Below, one piece after another: positions 53,645 to 64,000 of a stretch of DNA of 64,000 nucleotides. The notes under the pieces are model-generated. The model did not search any database. It was not told the DNA's origin and saw nothing but the letters and a program-made list of their open reading frames with translations. The DNA lies in the NCBI GenBank assembly GCA_048772705.1, contig JBLWGC010000051.1:186001-250000 (forward strand). Direction: 5' to 3'. The position numbers and the translations under genes are program-made. The number at the start of each line of letters is the position of its first letter. Position 1 is the stretch's first letter. The stretch comes from Leidyana gryllorum EB-2025a (lineage: Eukaryota > Protista > Apicomplexa).

Positions 53645-56600
53645 ATGCCTATCGCAGCCAGTGTACGCGCTGACAAATCAATGGATCTCCAACTTGAGAC
53701 TACCTCCACTGGCGGCGAAGCTACTCTTAAACCGGAGAGCACTGCCAAAATTACACGCCGTGCTAAAGCTGTGTGTGTTATGCCTGCTGCTGGGTCCAAT
53801 GTGAAACGAATCGAAGCAGAACCCGACGCAAAGCTCCTCACCCGCGCCAAGGCCGCCGCTGTCAGAAAAGATAGTGCGTCCGCTGGCAAAAATGCGGTAA
53901 AGGTGCCGAAAGTCGCCAAAACGATCTCAGGCCCGCGCCACAAAGTTAGCAATAATGTAGACACCCGCAAGCTTGCCAATGATGTACACGATACCGAATT
54001 ATCCAATGATCACCAACCCTCGCGCGTCGATCGAAAGGCTGCGCCTAAACATGCAACTAAGCGCTCTGCAAAGTCTGGCCGAGCTCCCAAGTTGAGCTCT
54101 CCCTTACCCACTCAATCGGCGCCTGACGATACCCTCTTGCCCGGCGCGTCAGCCCCCTCCTCTCCCGAACTACCTGCCCAGCCATCCAAGTCCAAAGCAA
54201 AACCAAAGTTGCTCTCCCGAGGCTCCAAAAGAGCCTTAGAGGCTACCAAGAGTACACCGGCCAATTTGCCGGAGGGTGTCACAGATGACGTAGAGTCGCC
54301 ATCTAAGGGCACGAAACGGCGCCGAGTCGTAACGACTCGGAATGCTCCGTCCACACGAGGGATCACCGAAGTGACAGCTTCTTCGGGGGGAGATTCTGCG
54401 GAGATGAAGAAAACGGTCACAAAGTTGCCAAAGGCTTCACAGGGTCGGCGGATCAATGCTGATTCGAATCCGTCTTCCGACACCAAAGCTGAAGCGTCAA
54501 ATGCTGCTCGAGGGGTGAAAGCGCCATTCTCAGCTTCAACTGGCGCTGTCACCCGCAAGAAACGAGCTCAAAATCTCAAAGACCGTACAATGGATAACAA
54601 AGCAGAGCCAGCGGGCGACCCTGGTTCACTGGCTACCGAGACGAGAAATGCCAAACCAGATCTTGACGGCAGAGCAGCCGGAAATGGAATTGTCAAAGTA
54701 GAACCAGGTCCGCCCCCGGAACCCCAACCAGGCGTGGAGCCAAGTTCTCCCAAAATCCCAAGAAGAGGAGGCAGGGATGGCGGAAAAGGTCGGAAAGACC
54801 ATGTACAACCAGAGAAGGAGTTAAAGGGGGATGACGTGAAGAAAAGCCCCAAAGATGTTCAGCAACGCTCGAGTAAAACCCTGAAACGCTCTGGGAAGCT
54901 GCATGGTGCCCCTGCCGGTCGTGCAGCTACTAAAACGGCCCGAGAGAAAGTACACAGCCCCTCCGACTTGACAATCCCGCCTGCCTGCGAGCCCAACGCT
55001 GAACAAGACTCAGTACCGGGTGGTGTGCTCGACCGGACCGAACATGCCGCAAACGACGTAGAAGCGTCAGGCCAGACCCATGCATTGAACAATGCAAGTC
55101 CGGACGAGATTGCATCGACGTCCAAACGATGTGTGCCGCCGAAATCGAAGGCTGAGAGTCTTTGCACCAACAGTCGGCAGCGACCTCCGTCGCCTCACAT
55201 GCAACCCGCCAAAGCCAAGGGACGCGGAGCGATATCTGAGAAAGCAACGTCCGAGGCACTCCCTGCCCCGGCGTCGAACCTCACCACCCCTCCCAAGACG
55301 CGCGCTGAGTTAAAGAAGACCTATATAGCTCGGAAAACTCCGCCTTCTGTACCTCCCAGTCCCGCTGCGGCGGCCACTGAACCTGTTCCGCCTACCACAG
55401 TGGGATCCGGCAAGAGTGGAACCCTCGGTGGAAGACGTACAGGTCGTCCCAAGCGACACCCTGGGGACATTCCCTCCATCGAAGAGATCCCCACACTTGT
55501 CGATTCTGCTCCTCCTCAGTTGGACGGAGAGGATCCCCCCATTGCCACTACCAAAGGCAACGCCGCTCGTGGGTCGAAGAGAGGCGGGGTCAAGAGGACA
55601 CTTGCCAAGACGACACCGTTGGGAGTATCAAACCAATCTCCGTCCTTATCTCTATCTGCCAGCTCGAAAGAAGCCCAGAAAACCAGGAATGTGAAGGAAG
55701 CTTCTCTCAATGCGGGTGCTGCAGAAGAAGATTCCAACCGCTCACCATCCGGGAAAAAAACAGGCTCTCCTGACTCTTCCTCAAGCGCACACGACCCTCA
55801 AAAAGGCTCAGCACCGGGTAAGCTGAAATGAGGTGAGGGCTCCATTTGGCGTCAGACAGAGCCCAAAATTGATCTGCGAATCGTTCCGGACTTGTCTTTC
55901 CCACTTATAGCTCAGGGCAACTCCATAGTTGTACCAATTGCATCTGACGCCTCGGCGTTGCCAGCGCCATCTCGCTCTGGCGGAGTGGTTGGTGTTTGTT
56001 TTCCTGCAAGCGAGGAACTCAATGAAGATGGCCACTTGATCGCAGAGGTTGGGTCACAGAGGGAGTTGCCACTCTTTCCTGATACCGAATATTGCAGTAG
56101 TCCAAACCTTCCTTCACAGCAGCACACGTGTGTGCCTCCTGCAATCAAGTGTTTAACCCCGTCTCCCGGACGCTCGGAGCCGTTTGGACTTCAGCCTACC
56201 ACTCCCTCGGCGGACGCCGACGGAGCCATGACGCGGGTTGCGCGGTCTGCTGGCCGTAGCAAGGCTCGGGCGAGCCCTACCGTGTCCAAGAAACGGACTA
56301 CCCCCACTACTGCGCAAGCAGCGTCCAAAGGCAGGGGTCGCGGTGTGGCCAGGAATCGTCTCGACGTCACCCAGCCAACCAAGGGTCAAGAGAGTGTGGA
56401 ATCTGACAAGCGAGATCCTTCCCCTGCAGTGACTCGGAAACGCAGTCAGATAGGCAGCGAAGCCGATCGTGTTCCACGCAAGAATCGCAATTCCGTCGTA
56501 GATTCCCCGATGCCAGGAGCCAAACGGCCTCTGCCCAATGTGAAGTCATCAGCATCGCCTCCGTCGCGCAAACGGGCCAGGAACAACGGCCCCTGCGGAA

Positions 56601-57340
56601 CAGACGCTTCGCCAGATCATCACATGGAAGAAGGAAGTGGCCCTCGATCCATGGAGGAATTGGCGAGACCCGGGGGAGGCAATGTGGCTGGGCCGAACAC
56701 ACCAGAGTGGAAGAGTGTCGGCCCACGACTGAAAGCGGAATCGAATGAGATAAATTCAGAGGAGGAAAGTGATGAGGAGATTGAGGATCTAAAATTGGCT
56801 GGCAAGGCAGATCTTGGTTTCGGCTCAGATCCGCTTTGTCAATCCTATGAAAGTGTGCTTGTGTCCACTGCGGAGGGTGGCCCATCGGTGCAGACACTGG
56901 GAACGTCCGACGACCATGAGACACTGAATCCCGTTCGGCGCGACAACACCATGCACTTGGAGATGTTGGAGAGCGTGCGGGGGCTTCAAGCAGTGATCAA
57001 ACGTACCGAAGCGCGAATAGCGACATTGGAAGCGCAGTTTGTCGCCACCAGGTGAGAGTGCTGCTTGTGTTGGCTGGAAACGCACACTCTGCTAGTGAGG
57101 GGGAGATCCGACCGCTTCGACCACTCGTGAGGAGTCAAAGCAGGTGTAGTGAACTGGCAACAATGCCCAACGGGGAGTCCACTGGCGACTTAATGCAGAA
57201 CTTCGAGAGTGGTGAAGCCTATCTGTACCGGTAAGCTCGAATCCATATTACGTGAGATACGCACTACTGCAGTCGATGGGCAAGTGCGACGTCGCAGACG
57301 AAAGGACGGAGCCTCGAATTGAAGCGGGTAGAAGATGTGA
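53645..57340 (+). CDS. Large hypothetical disordered K/S/P-rich protein, spliced; 3' end uncertain
   Basis: Consecutive long ORFs 53645-55831 and 55892-57055 joined by a gtaagc..tag intron; short coiled coil near the end. Confidence 0.55.
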
Positions 57341-57470
57341 CACTGGGTGAAAACATGTTCTCATTGACATCCATGACATCCGAAGCGGCCAGCAGAGTTT
57401 TCAAGACTCAAAACACTTTAGGTAGTTAGCCAAAAGCTCTGTCTATTCCGTTTCGCTCCTTGATTTTCCA

Positions 57471-59212
57471 CTATGCTCTTTCGGCCTCAAGCGTTGCTGG
57501 AGTCAACTGGATTCGGGTCATGTCAATGGTCTGCACGGTATTAAGCAGCTCTTGGACTCTCTGATTTTGCTTGATATACTGATTGATGAAGATATCATTT
57601 GGAGGCTGAGTCTGATACGAGCAAAATGTGACATTTTTGATCCTCCTCAGCTTTTCTCACCATGACATGCACACTGTCATCATCGACGATGAAGTCCACG
57701 ACAGGTGCTGAACGAGGATTGTGAGCACCGCCTACGCGTACGGAAAGGAGCTCTGCTCTGACGATCTCCTTGATGTCCTCGCTGTCCCCTTGCAAGTTCA
57801 TGAGGGTGGCCAGTTTCTGCAAGGAAGTCGATTAAGAGCCAACCATATGGACGGATACTTACACTCAGAGAGACGTTATTGTACAACTTGGCAAAGGAGA
57901 GCAACTGCTCGGCTCTGTGTTGCTGGCCCACATCTTTCATGAACACCGAAGCTTGGCGTTGTAGGATGTCTGAGGACTGTTGCATTTGCACCAACTCCAA
58001 CCGCATTTTCTGGTCCCAGCAAGCCGGAGAGACGAACTCAGGACAAACACGTTTGAAGAGCTCAAAGAAAGCTTCCTCGTTATCGCCTTGGAGTCTGCAA
58101 CACGAATTGTGGATTGGTTTCATTGCTTCCAACACTCACTTATACAACCGATCACGATAGGACTCGCGGATCTTGCTCATGATGAACTCGTCAGGTTTCA
58201 CATCGTGACTCATGTGATCACAGATGATGATGAGTGTGTAGAGTTTATCCAAGCAAATCTCCATCGTATCCTTCGCGGACGAGTTGGCATACGCAAAATA
58301 TCCCTTGGACTTGGTGGACAGAGTGAGAATCTGACTGGCGGTCTTGGCTGCTTCCACGTAACGCTTGGACATCATTTGAGCGAAAGCAAGGTTATAGTGG
58401 AGAGTGGTGTGGCAGGCCGGAACCTTCAAGGATGCGCTGTTTGCGCCGAGTTGGAAGTGTTTTACACATTCCAGTGCGCTTCCATAGTCACAAACCATGT
58501 TGTTCAACCTGGCGGGCTATAAGGCAAAGCGTTTTGTTGAAGTAACTTACTTGAGCAAGGCTACTGTAGCGAAGTAACCCATGTAGTCGCCGATGGAGGC
58601 GTTTGCGGGCAGAACGCCTTTGTTTCGTCGGAGGGTTTCCTCAATCTCGGAGGTCTTGACAAATGAGTAGACGATATTCAAAACAGTGCGTGGATCCCAC
58701 AAGGTGGTGAGACTTTCATTTTCTTCTGGCGAGCAGGGTCTAGTGGTCTGGTTGGCGATGGAATGAATAAGCTTCCATTTGCGTCGTTGACTTTCGGCGA
58801 ATTGATTGACGAAGCCGTCAAACATGTCCCAAACCCATTGGAGGGGCAGAGCCACTGGATTCTCAACCACGGCGGCGTATTCGTTGCTGAGGAAGAACTC
58901 GAAGAGGATCAAAAAGTTGGGCCAGGCAACCATACGGTTGCTCCAGGTGATGTTGTCACTACCGCGACTGAAGATGTGCCTCAACGAGAGCCATTGATAC
59001 AAATGGAGCACGAGTTGGTGCTCTTTGCCCATTTCCCGATAGTACTCGCCCGCCTCCTCAGCCGTGGGCCAGACGTGATCCCCAGAATAGTGTTTGTCCG
59101 AAACCGCTTGGAAGTCATGCTCGTACAACCTCTGCAAGCCTTCGACGTCCCTGTGCCATAAATGGTCGTAGAGGTCCCGGAGGAACTTCTGAGTATCCAC
59201 AGGCAAGTTCAT
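57471..59212 (-). CDS. eIF3L: Translation initiation factor 3 subunit L, multi-exon
   Basis: LYE..F...SDKHY..WP, LY..L..RHIFSR, LPLQWVWDMFDGFVNQF, GYFATVALL, DYGSAL, AFAQMMSKRY, CPEFVSP. Confidence 0.9.
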
Positions 59213-59301
59213 GCTCCGTAGCCTCCAAAAAGTTTTTTTGGTCCGGATTTTGTGTTGGTAGGTGACTACCACTCGAAGTGCTCTATTTTTGTATTGGCAA
59301 A

Positions 59302-60711
59302 ATGGGGGATCCTTATTCACCCAAGTTGTTGATCGTGGAAGTGAAGACAGTCAGTAACGTTAAGGGTAGCGTGAGTGCTTGATCACCACTAATTCACACT
59401 CATGTCGTCAGGGATTTTCGGTTGAATTGGAATTATTCGGAAAGCGACACACCGCTACCCCTAAGCAAGATGCTGTTGTGACGGCTGCTCTTTTCTTCAA
59501 GGATCAGCAAGCCACATTCCCATTTACGAATACGGGAACCATTGAGTAAGTCCCTTCGTGTAAAGAAATGCGGCCACGTTTTGATGCCGACAGGTTTACT
59601 ATTCTTAAGGATGGTAGACGATATGCCCAAGGCAGTTTCTTTCTCGGAACGTTGCGCGATAACTTTGATCAAGTGATTACGCGCCAATGCACGGTGAGAG
59701 ATGGTCGATAGGTATTGGTCGAATGTCAGCAGCTGGACTGGGCGAATCCGGATAGCCACAAATATACTGACCCCAAGCCGATGATTAGCTTTTCTATCCA
59801 AGTTGATCCGCCCGCTCCGACCAACTTGCAGGCGTCTGTCTGGAATCAGAATGACATTATGAATGATTTAATGACTTCTCAACCAGACAGGCTTTTGTTA
59901 CGACCCCCGCCTGGAAAGAGCGATCTTGCTGTAAGCACAAATGATCTATTCCCTCCAAATCTTCCTCGCCCAACACAGTGCGACAGTATGTGGACTGGAT
60001 TGGCTGCTGCGTCCATAGCACCGGGGGGGGTTGACTTTGGCAAGCTCAAGGATCAGCAAAAACCGCCGAGGCAGCAAGAGATGGCTCCCCCGCTGTCTCC
60101 CCATGAGCCAATGGGATCTCCTCACCAGCGGCCCCCTCCACAACAAGCGGGTGCATACCCTCCGCAGTACTCTGGTTACCCTCCGCAAACTGGATACCCT
60201 CACACAAGTGGAGGATACCCGCAGCACCCCGGTGGTGGCCTGCCAAGGGGCAAGTACCCTCAACCAGGCCCCAACGGGAGCGGATATGGGGGCTACCCTC
60301 CTCCAGGCGGATTCCCTCCCCAAGGCTACCCCTATCCTTATCCTCCTCCTCATAACAGTTATGGGCAGCCTCCCTATCCCCCAGGCGGGTACTATCCATA
60401 TCCTCGCCCACCGATGGCGCAACCCCATATGATGTATAATGGTCCCCCTATGTCTCCTCATCCGTCTTCCGCTCGTGATCAGTTACAGCATCAATCGAGT
60501 GAAGGTGGAAAGGGCGAGAAGAGTAAGTACACCAAAGGTTTCAAGGGTTTATGGCCTCTCAGAGAGCGGCATGGTGGACAGAGTGAAGAAACTGATAAGC
60601 AGAAGAGACGGCGGTGACAGTGTTCAGGTTGTTGCGGATTCTGCACCGGAGTACCAACAAGAGAACAACGATCCCCGGATTCCCTTCCAGTCATGGCAAC
60701 GCCGACGCTAA
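59302..60711 (+). CDS. Hypothetical protein with beta-rich (possibly C2-like) N-terminal exons and a Pro/Gly/Tyr/Gln-rich region
   Basis: Spliceable exons LLIVEVKTV, FSVELELFG, FTILKDGRRYAQG lead into ORF 59715-60617; gtaagt..cag intron leads to stop 60711. Confidence 0.55.
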
Positions 60712-60735
60712 TAGGGAATTTGTAGACGCTCAGAA

Positions 60736-61302
60736 TTACTCGTTCTCCAAACATGCTGCTCTCTTGCTCTCCAACAGACTCAAAGCGCTTTGTGCTGTTT
60801 TGAACCATTGGAACCATAGGTCACGAGCCATTTCAATGTCTTGGGCGGTGTAAATGACCTCTGTAGAATCTTGATCAGCGTTTTGTGCCAGTATGGTAGC
60901 AATAAAATGATCTTCAAGGGTGAAACCGGGAGGAACTGCTGCTAACTTCTGCTTGTACTCACTCCAAACCACCTCTGCCATTCGTTCAGATGCCTGAAGA
61001 TCGTCTTGTGCTTGTAGAACAGCTGGTAACTCAGTAGAATAAGCAGCGCACGCTACTTCTTCAAGATGTTCACCAATACTTCCGTTGTTCAGAGATCCGA
61101 AAAGCACCACATTTTCACCGCGTACTATCATACAACCCACATACAAGTCTGCAAATGAGTGCAGATCAGTGGGATGGTACAGTCGTTGGACGGCACGGTC
61201 TAGTAGCAGATTTCCAAAATGGTCGAAAGCCTTGAGGATCCCCCGAAAGGTCTTGCCATCCCTCAGCAACACCAATATGAGCTTCTCGTTCTCCTCTTCC
61301 AT
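60736..61302 (-). CDS. LSM1: Sm-like protein LSm1
   Basis: KLILVLLRDGKTFRGILKAFDHFGNLLL..VQRLY..GCMIVRGENVVLFG. Confidence 0.88.
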   Translation of the reverse strand: MEEENEKLILVLLRDGKTFRGILKAFDHFGNLLLDRAVQRLYHPTDLHSFADLYVGCMIVRGENVVLFGSLNNGSIGEHLEEVACAAYSTELPAVLQAQDDLQASERMAEVVWSEYKQKLAAVPPGFTLEDHFIATILAQNADQDSTEVIYTAQDIEMARDLWFQWFKTAQSALSLLESKRAACLENE

Positions 61303-61328
61303 AAGAAAAGTGAGTGCGACACGCACAA

Positions 61329-62306
61329 TCACTTGTCTGCCACATGTGCAGTTCTAGCCAAACAGTCGCACAAGAATGACAGAATGGTATCAAAATGCGT
61401 CATTGACGTCACCATGTGGTGTCTACCCTCCCTCATTTGCATGACTGATTCTACGACCTGGTTGATGAGCTCCTTCCCAGTCCTGAAGTCAGGCAACTTG
61501 TTGGCCATAGTCATGCGTGCGTAATGCCAGCAAGCGATGAACACCGATGTTCGGCCGACCCCTGCACTGCAATGAACAAATGGCTTGGTATATCCGACAG
61601 TAGCTGCAATCAGTTGGTCAAAGACAGTTTTCTGAGGACTTTGATGGTCTGGCCAAGCGGTGAAGTGTAGATGCGGTACAATGCGATTGTCTGCCACCCT
61701 TAGACTGCGCTCAATCAAGTAGTCGCCAAAGAGCGGTTTTGCAGAGCCCTTGACGGCTGCGCGCCCTTCAACCCAGTAGGGATCCATTTTCTCAATGAAG
61801 CCCTCTCGAGCTTGGCCGAGTGTGACTACTACATCGCACTGTTCATCCTCTGCCAAATATTTGAAGAAGCTCTCCCACTGATGGGGGAGAGGGGCCTGTC
61901 CGGCCACGGCAATCGATTCAAATATCTCTTGACGGTTGACATGGGTAGCTAGTCTGATGACGTTGGCATGGAGAAATTCACCCCCGCTTGGCTTGACTTG
62001 GGTTTCCAATTTGCAGGCAATATTGGTATAACGATTCTCGGCGACTGGATATACATCCTTCTTTTTCGAGATTGGTGCCCGCTCAAGGGCCGAGGCTGCT
62101 TCTCTCCAATTGCTGCTGGATGGACAATGGGTACCCCACCACTGTTGCACAAACGCGAATGGTAGAGCATCGGAGCTATATTTGAGAGTACCATTGGCTT
62201 CAGCAGCTAGATAGGCTTTGAAGCCAGGGTAGGTGAGTAGGTGGAAGATTCTATCATTCCGCACACTCATGGGGGGTCCAAAGTCATCCTCAGGACGTCG
62301 ACTCAT
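61329..62306 (-). CDS. Classical-type protein tyrosine phosphatase, intronless
   Basis: NRYTNI, FLHANVI, GQAPLP, YW, HFTAWPDH, VHCSAGVGRT. Confidence 0.9.
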   Translation of the reverse strand: MSRRPEDDFGPPMSVRNDRIFHLLTYPGFKAYLAAEANGTLKYSSDALPFAFVQQWWGTHCPSSSNWREAASALERAPISKKKDVYPVAENRYTNIACKLETQVKPSGGEFLHANVIRLATHVNRQEIFESIAVAGQAPLPHQWESFFKYLAEDEQCDVVVTLGQAREGFIEKMDPYWVEGRAAVKGSAKPLFGDYLIERSLRVADNRIVPHLHFTAWPDHQSPQKTVFDQLIAATVGYTKPFVHCSAGVGRTSVFIACWHYARMTMANKLPDFRTGKELINQVVESVMQMREGRHHMVTSMTHFDTILSFLCDCLARTAHVADK

Positions 62307-63136
62307 TTTGATTTTTTGGTACGATTATAAAGGCAACGGTGGACACGGTTTGGCCTTGCCGCCCGCCGAACGTGAATTTGGGTACTCCAGTGGTCATTGT
62401 AGCTAGATGTTGATACTGTAGAGTGGGGTGGGAGGACCTTTCAAATTTCCGGATCAGCTCTTGAATGGTGAGATTTGAGCTGGTGACCAAGAGGAGTGCT
62501 CCTGGTGTGCCGAAACGGGTAAGGATCGCATCAATAGCGACGCCAGTGCGTTTCTGTAGCACAAATACATCCAAAGTTCCCTTGTCATGGATCAAGTCGA
62601 CTTTAAGATCTTTTTCCCAAGTTGACTGGACTGCCAGGTCGTCGACGATGAATTGAGGTGCTGGAATGTCCTTCGGCCTCTCTTTCTCCCAAAAGAGTTT
62701 GGATACTTCGATTGCACTGGGGACAATGTCAGTCCCAACGAGGCGTCGGAAACCAATGTCTGCACAAGTGTGGCATGCGAGAAAGGAAGCGGCGGGGCGC
62801 GGCTGACCTGAAAGGGCGTGTAGGAAGAGGCCGTTGCCCGTCCCCAAATCGAGAACACACGCTTTGTCTCTGGCAGCGTGGGTGGTGCGGGGGTCGGTTT
62901 GCCAGGTGTCCCAGTTGTCATCTATCCACCGAAGAATGGCGCTCTGATAGTCCGAATACCACTCTTCGCCCAGAGTACCTATTAAAATGAGATTGGTTGG
63001 TCTACTGTGGAGAAAGGCGCGTTAAAGTACCTGTGTCTATATACTCATCGGCTTCCTCTTTATATAGGCCTTCCCAGTAGGCCACTGTGGCATATTGCGA
63101 ATCAGGGTTCTGTTCGCTTCCGTCTGCACTTGACAT
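62290..63136 (-). CDS. EFM4/See1/METTL10-like protein-lysine methyltransferase, multi-exon
   Basis: YWEGLYKEE, GEEWY, DLGTGNG, HDKGTLD, VTSSNLT, FTFGGRQG. Confidence 0.85.
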
Positions 63137-63150
63137 ATTTTTGGACACAA

Positions 63151-63602
63151 ATGGTGGTCATTCGGGTTGGCGGACAGGTTGTCGAAGTGAGTATGGCGGT
63201 GACCGATGAGGGTCCGCTGCCGGACTCTGTCGACTTGGCTCTGGACCTCCACACCGAGAAGCTGAACGCAGTCGGTCACTTATGTAAGCTAACAACAAAG
63301 TCTTGGAATGGTAACATGTCTCTGGTGCGGCAGACCGATCCCAAATCCAATTGCGGGAGGCTGACCCGGTAGGCAAATGGCGAACGTAGACGAATCCGAG
63401 TTCACCATAGGAGAAGAAAGACACCGATATGCAACTTGCTTTGGCTGAGAACAGTGTGGTTATTATAAAGAAGTTGCAATACTTGAAGGCTTTGGAGACG
63501 CACATGATGAAGCTGGAGCCTACTAAAGTTGATCAAATGCGATTGTCTCGTGAAGCTGTTGAAGCTGAATTTGCCACCGTTCCCCAATATGTGGATCTGT
63601 GA
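63151..63602 (+). CDS. Small helical protein, possibly Tma17/Adc17-like, spliced
   Basis: EKLNAVGHL, DMQLALAENSVVIIKK, C-terminal YVDL*; family similarity is weak. Confidence 0.4.
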
Positions 63603-63635
63603 TCTGTACAAAGCGAAAGTTGGCGTTCCATCCGG

Positions 63636-64000
63636 CTACTGCCCAAGCAGCGGGCTCGCAGGCTTGAGGCAGAAGCGGTATATAGTGTATAGATTCTGGA
63701 GAACGCATAGCCAGAAACCGGCGGTGGTACCTTTATTTAACTCACCTCTGGGAACTTGGAACTCCTCTCTCCCAGTATGAGATCAGCCCCAGCAGCGTCG
63801 AAAATTTGCATATATGTGTCGAGGCTGCGCGCTCGACTAGAGTCGACCGAGTCAAACTCATCACCTTCTTCACTCACGTTCTCTTTGAGAACAATGACAC
63901 CCTGCAGTCAAAATACCGGTGCTAAGAATCATTACTGTTGAGCTCACTTCGGCGGTCAGGCATCTCAAAGCTGCCTTCAGTAACATTGTAACCTCGTTGT
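63636..64000 (-). CDS. Alpha-N-terminal protein methyltransferase NTMT1/Tae1-like, C-terminal part
   Basis: Spliced L.AE|GVIVLKENV..FDSVDSSRARS..IFDAAG..KFPE|NLYTIYRFCL; runs off the window. Confidence 0.8.

Noticed and set aside
1-64000. tRNA, rRNA, spliceosomal snRNA genes or telomeric repeats
   Set aside because: None recognised by eye; tRNAscan-SE and Rfam scans were not run, so short genes could be missed

Overview
Eukaryotic nuclear DNA, not bacterial. The region is extremely gene-dense, with short (about 40-55 nt) GT-AG introns and intergenic spacers often under 40 bp. An ApiAP2 factor, a fused HPPK-DHPS, integrin-beta/TRAP-like surface proteins and a Ty3/gypsy relic suggest a gregarine-like apicomplexan (inference). 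Housekeeping genes include TRAPPC6, choline kinase, MPP6, RPL34, POL2, RRP1, PP2A-C, a nucleoplasmin-FKBP, VPS16, cyclophilin, PSMD10-like, SF3B2, eIF3L, LSM1, EFM4-like and NTMT1-like. Main observations: (1) a nine-copy tandem array at 17.1-18.0 kb that looks CRISPR-like but reads on the minus strand as U33/snR55-like C/D snoRNAs with a guide shifted by one nucleotide; (2) a second snoRNA cluster (snR34/U65-like H/ACA, U18, three U14 copies); (3) adjacent intronless bacterial-type MscL and DcuA/B-like genes; (4) four tandem membrane-protein genes, one with an integrin beta-I domain and two with degenerate copies of it, all ending in acidic tails with a penultimate Phe; (5) overlapping or abutting genes with a recurrent AAAAAAATTT motif in divergent spacers; (6) a gag-protease-only retroelement. 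All assignments come from reading motifs by eye and from recalled family consensus sequences; no database searches were run.
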